Source: an uncultured Rhodopirellula sp. (GTDB lineage Bacteria; Planctomycetota; Planctomycetia; Pirellulales; Pirellulaceae). Taken from it: DNA of 63,710 nt. The stretch spans positions 1 through 63,710 of the forward strand of contig CAXGAI010000024.1 in assembly GCA_964007735.1 (NCBI GenBank). The letters run 5' to 3'. Positions within the stretch are counted from its first letter, which is position 1; the number at the start of each line of letters is the position of its first letter. Positions 61,706 through 63,710 of this stretch are shown in pieces. The notes below the pieces were generated by a model. That model was given only the letters and a program-made list of their open reading frames with translations, searched no databases and had not been told where the DNA came from. The translations under genes were made by a program, and so were the position numbers.

Positions 61706-63299
61706 CTTCTAGTTCCTCCACGCTCGCTGGGATATCTTCAATTTGCGGATTAATACTGACCGTCATTTCTGTTCCGTCCACGCCGACATCTCCCTGACCA
61801 CTACGAGTCGAGAGGACTTCCACGGTCAGATTCATTGCTGACAATTTCTCGCTAAAGACTTCCACAAAAGCACTACCTTGTTGAGGTGTTATAGCCCAAA
61901 GTTCTACGGCAAAAGAATTGCCGCTGGTTGATTGCAAGGAGTCAACGATGACTCCTTCACTAATAGACTCCATCAACGTTTCTATCAGTTTGATTTGGAA
62001 TTCAGAACGATTCTTCAAATTGCCAATTAATTGGATGCCGGCATTCGCGGTGGAAATCGATTCTTGATTGGTCTTGATGCCATCCTCCAACAATCCAATC
62101 CTGTCGAGGAACTCCGTTGCTGCAGCCCAGTTGTCTTCCCACTTTATGTGTTCCAGACGTTCCGCTTCCAGTTTGCTCACCAATGGTTGTATTTCTTTGT
62201 TAATATGGTTTTCAGCCACGAAAACAACAATGGCAGCCAGCATCACAGCATAAACCCAAGGGATAAATGGCTGCTCTCGCAAAGGCTTCCGTGGATTCTT
62301 CAGAGGGAAAACCACATGCCGCAGCGAATTAATCGCGTTAACTGTTGAGATACCCAGGATTTGTGCCGCTTCATGAGGATCATCGAGCAGTTGGCTATCT
62401 TGATTAGTATGCTCACCGGTCGCTAAAACCAAGTCTCGCAATTCATCGGTGGTGGCCCAAATATATTTCTGAGTGCTACCAACGCGTGACAGAAGGTTAC
62501 TTAGCTGTTCGACATCCATGGGCTTCCCGCCAAAGGGAATCGATTCCACTGCGCCGGAGCCATCCAGAGCAACAATGTTTATTCCGTGATCATATAGCTC
62601 GACTAAATTACCGGACGTAAATTGTTTGCCAAAATAGTGACGAGTGATTCCAGCAAACGGAATAATTGCACTTAAACGAAAACCCGTCTGTTTCAGTGCG
62701 GCAAGCCACTTATCACGAACTTCCTGATACATGAATCCAACTTCCGTACCTGCTGGCATCCCATAATTCGCCTTCAGTTCCTGACCAACACCAGCTAACG
62801 GCGCATAGCCGACTTTAGGTTCATTAGTACGGCGTTGAATATCTATCGCTTTATCAATTTGCTCCTGAGTGGCAAACCCTTTTGAAACCGCTAAAGCACC
62901 AAGGTGTTGATAATTGCCTGCAGCTCGGTCTTTGCGGGATTCTTTTTGTTCTGTTAAGAGCGTTTGCAACTGAGCGTGAGTAATAACAGATCGACCAACA
63001 AGCAACTCACCAATCATGGTGTCGTTCTGAGGCATTTTCGTCATCAGCTCAAATTGGACGAGCTGATTACGCTCATTGAAACCTAAAGTCTCAGCGGCTC
63101 CGGGTGGAAATTCGATCGAACCGACAACGGCTTCTCTGGTGACAACCACGACATCGCGGACACCTTTGAAAGAAGCTTTGATCTCTCTCAACGCGGCGGG
63201 TAATTCGACTTCCGATGCCACAACAGCCGCTGCGGATTTACCGGTAGCATCAACAGTGGTCGCCTTAATAGTAAAACCATCATCAAGTATGACTAACAT
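61695..63299 (-). CDS. PilM/PilN (GspL)-like fusion protein with inserted MshEN-like tandem motif
   Basis: Cytoplasmic N-terminal region, single TM (WVYAVMLAAIVVFV), coiled coil, PilN-like C-terminus; motifs IGELLV...QLQTLLTEQ and LGALAVSKGF...QIDKAIDIQ. Confidence 0.6.
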   Translation of the reverse strand: MLVILDDGFTIKATTVDATGKSAAAVVASEVELPAALREIKASFKGVRDVVVVTREAVVGSIEFPPGAAETLGFNERNQLVQFELMTKMPQNDTMIGELLVGRSVITHAQLQTLLTEQKESRKDRAAGNYQHLGALAVSKGFATQEQIDKAIDIQRRTNEPKVGYAPLAGVGQELKANYGMPAGTEVGFMYQEVRDKWLAALKQTGFRLSAIIPFAGITRHYFGKQFTSGNLVELYDHGINIVALDGSGAVESIPFGGKPMDVEQLSNLLSRVGSTQKYIWATTDELRDLVLATGEHTNQDSQLLDDPHEAAQILGISTVNAINSLRHVVFPLKNPRKPLREQPFIPWVYAVMLAAIVVFVAENHINKEIQPLVSKLEAERLEHIKWEDNWAAATEFLDRIGLLEDGIKTNQESISTANAGIQLIGNLKNRSEFQIKLIETLMESISEGVIVDSLQSTSGNSFAVELWAITPQQGSAFVEVFSEKLSAMNLTVEVLSTRSGQGDVGVDGTEMTVSINPQIEDIPASVEELEDAQ

Positions 63300-63327
63300 T
63301 GAAATTGTTCTGTCCTAACTTAAAAAT

Positions 63328-63708
63328 TTACTGCTTTGGCAATAGTAGAGTAGTGTCAGAAAGATTGAGTCTAAAAATATTAGTCTGCCCTGAAGAGCTT
63401 TGTATTTCGTTGATACTTTTTAGGGTCAGGTGTTCTAGGACGCGGGTCACGGTTGTTCCTACTGCAACCTTTCGTTTGGCTGAATTGATAGCCAGTGCTG
63501 ATTCCTCAGATAAATGAAACCTTTCACTGTGCATATTATGGTCAATGATGCGGTCCGCTCGTACGGGCTGGAAGGTCCCGACACCGACGTGCAGGGTAAT
63601 GAAAGTGTGCGGAATTTTTTCAAGTATTGCGGATAACTCAATTAATTTTTCATTCCATTTTTCTCGCGATGTTGAGCTGCACCATTTAAGTGCCTGGGAA
63701 TAAGCAGT
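63328..63708 (-). pseudogene. queA: Internal fragment of queA (SAM:tRNA ribosyltransferase-isomerase) inside a chimeric ORF running off the window
   Basis: 63627-63373 translates to ILEKIPHTFITLHVGVGTFQPV...MHSE...VAVGTTVTRVLE...GQTNIF. It lacks the preceding AAPTAGLHF and the following TNFHLP...YGDAM motifs. Confidence 0.8.
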
Positions 63709-63710
63709 CG

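Overview
Gene-dense, chromosomal bacterial window, very probably from a planctomycete (Pirellulales-like). The evidence is three DUF1501 genes, two PSD1/planctomycete cytochrome c (DUF1549/DUF1553) proteins, an H4MPT formyltransferase, a prenyltransferase-repeat membrane protein and a J-like PPNHY protein. 1-14 kb holds the end of a giant GspK-like protein, a CHAT/TPR protein lacking catalytic residues, ftr, purEK and a radical SAM protein. 14-41.6 kb holds an orphan Lys-rich putative DNA-binding protein next to a GGA-rich candidate sRNA, DUF1501/PSD1 modules, a minus-strand run of acidic-sugar and amide catabolic genes (sialidase-like, acetylesterase, uxuA, RraA-like, MlrC-like, AstE-like), uppP and tmRNA (tag ADNNLALAA). 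Downstream of tmRNA the region looks accessory: an EEP gene plus an EEP remnant, thiC under a TPP riboswitch, a PL10/GDSL/DUF1080 glycan cluster, and an 8-gene type IV filament cluster. That cluster has PilB, PilT, PilC, two PilP-like genes, a PilM/N-like protein with an inserted MshEN-like tandem motif, and a secretin with a 78-aa Gly/Met/FG low-complexity insert. It is bordered by an internal queA fragment. No CRISPR array, integrase, transposase, rRNA or tRNA was recognised. All family calls come from motif recognition by eye, not from database searches.
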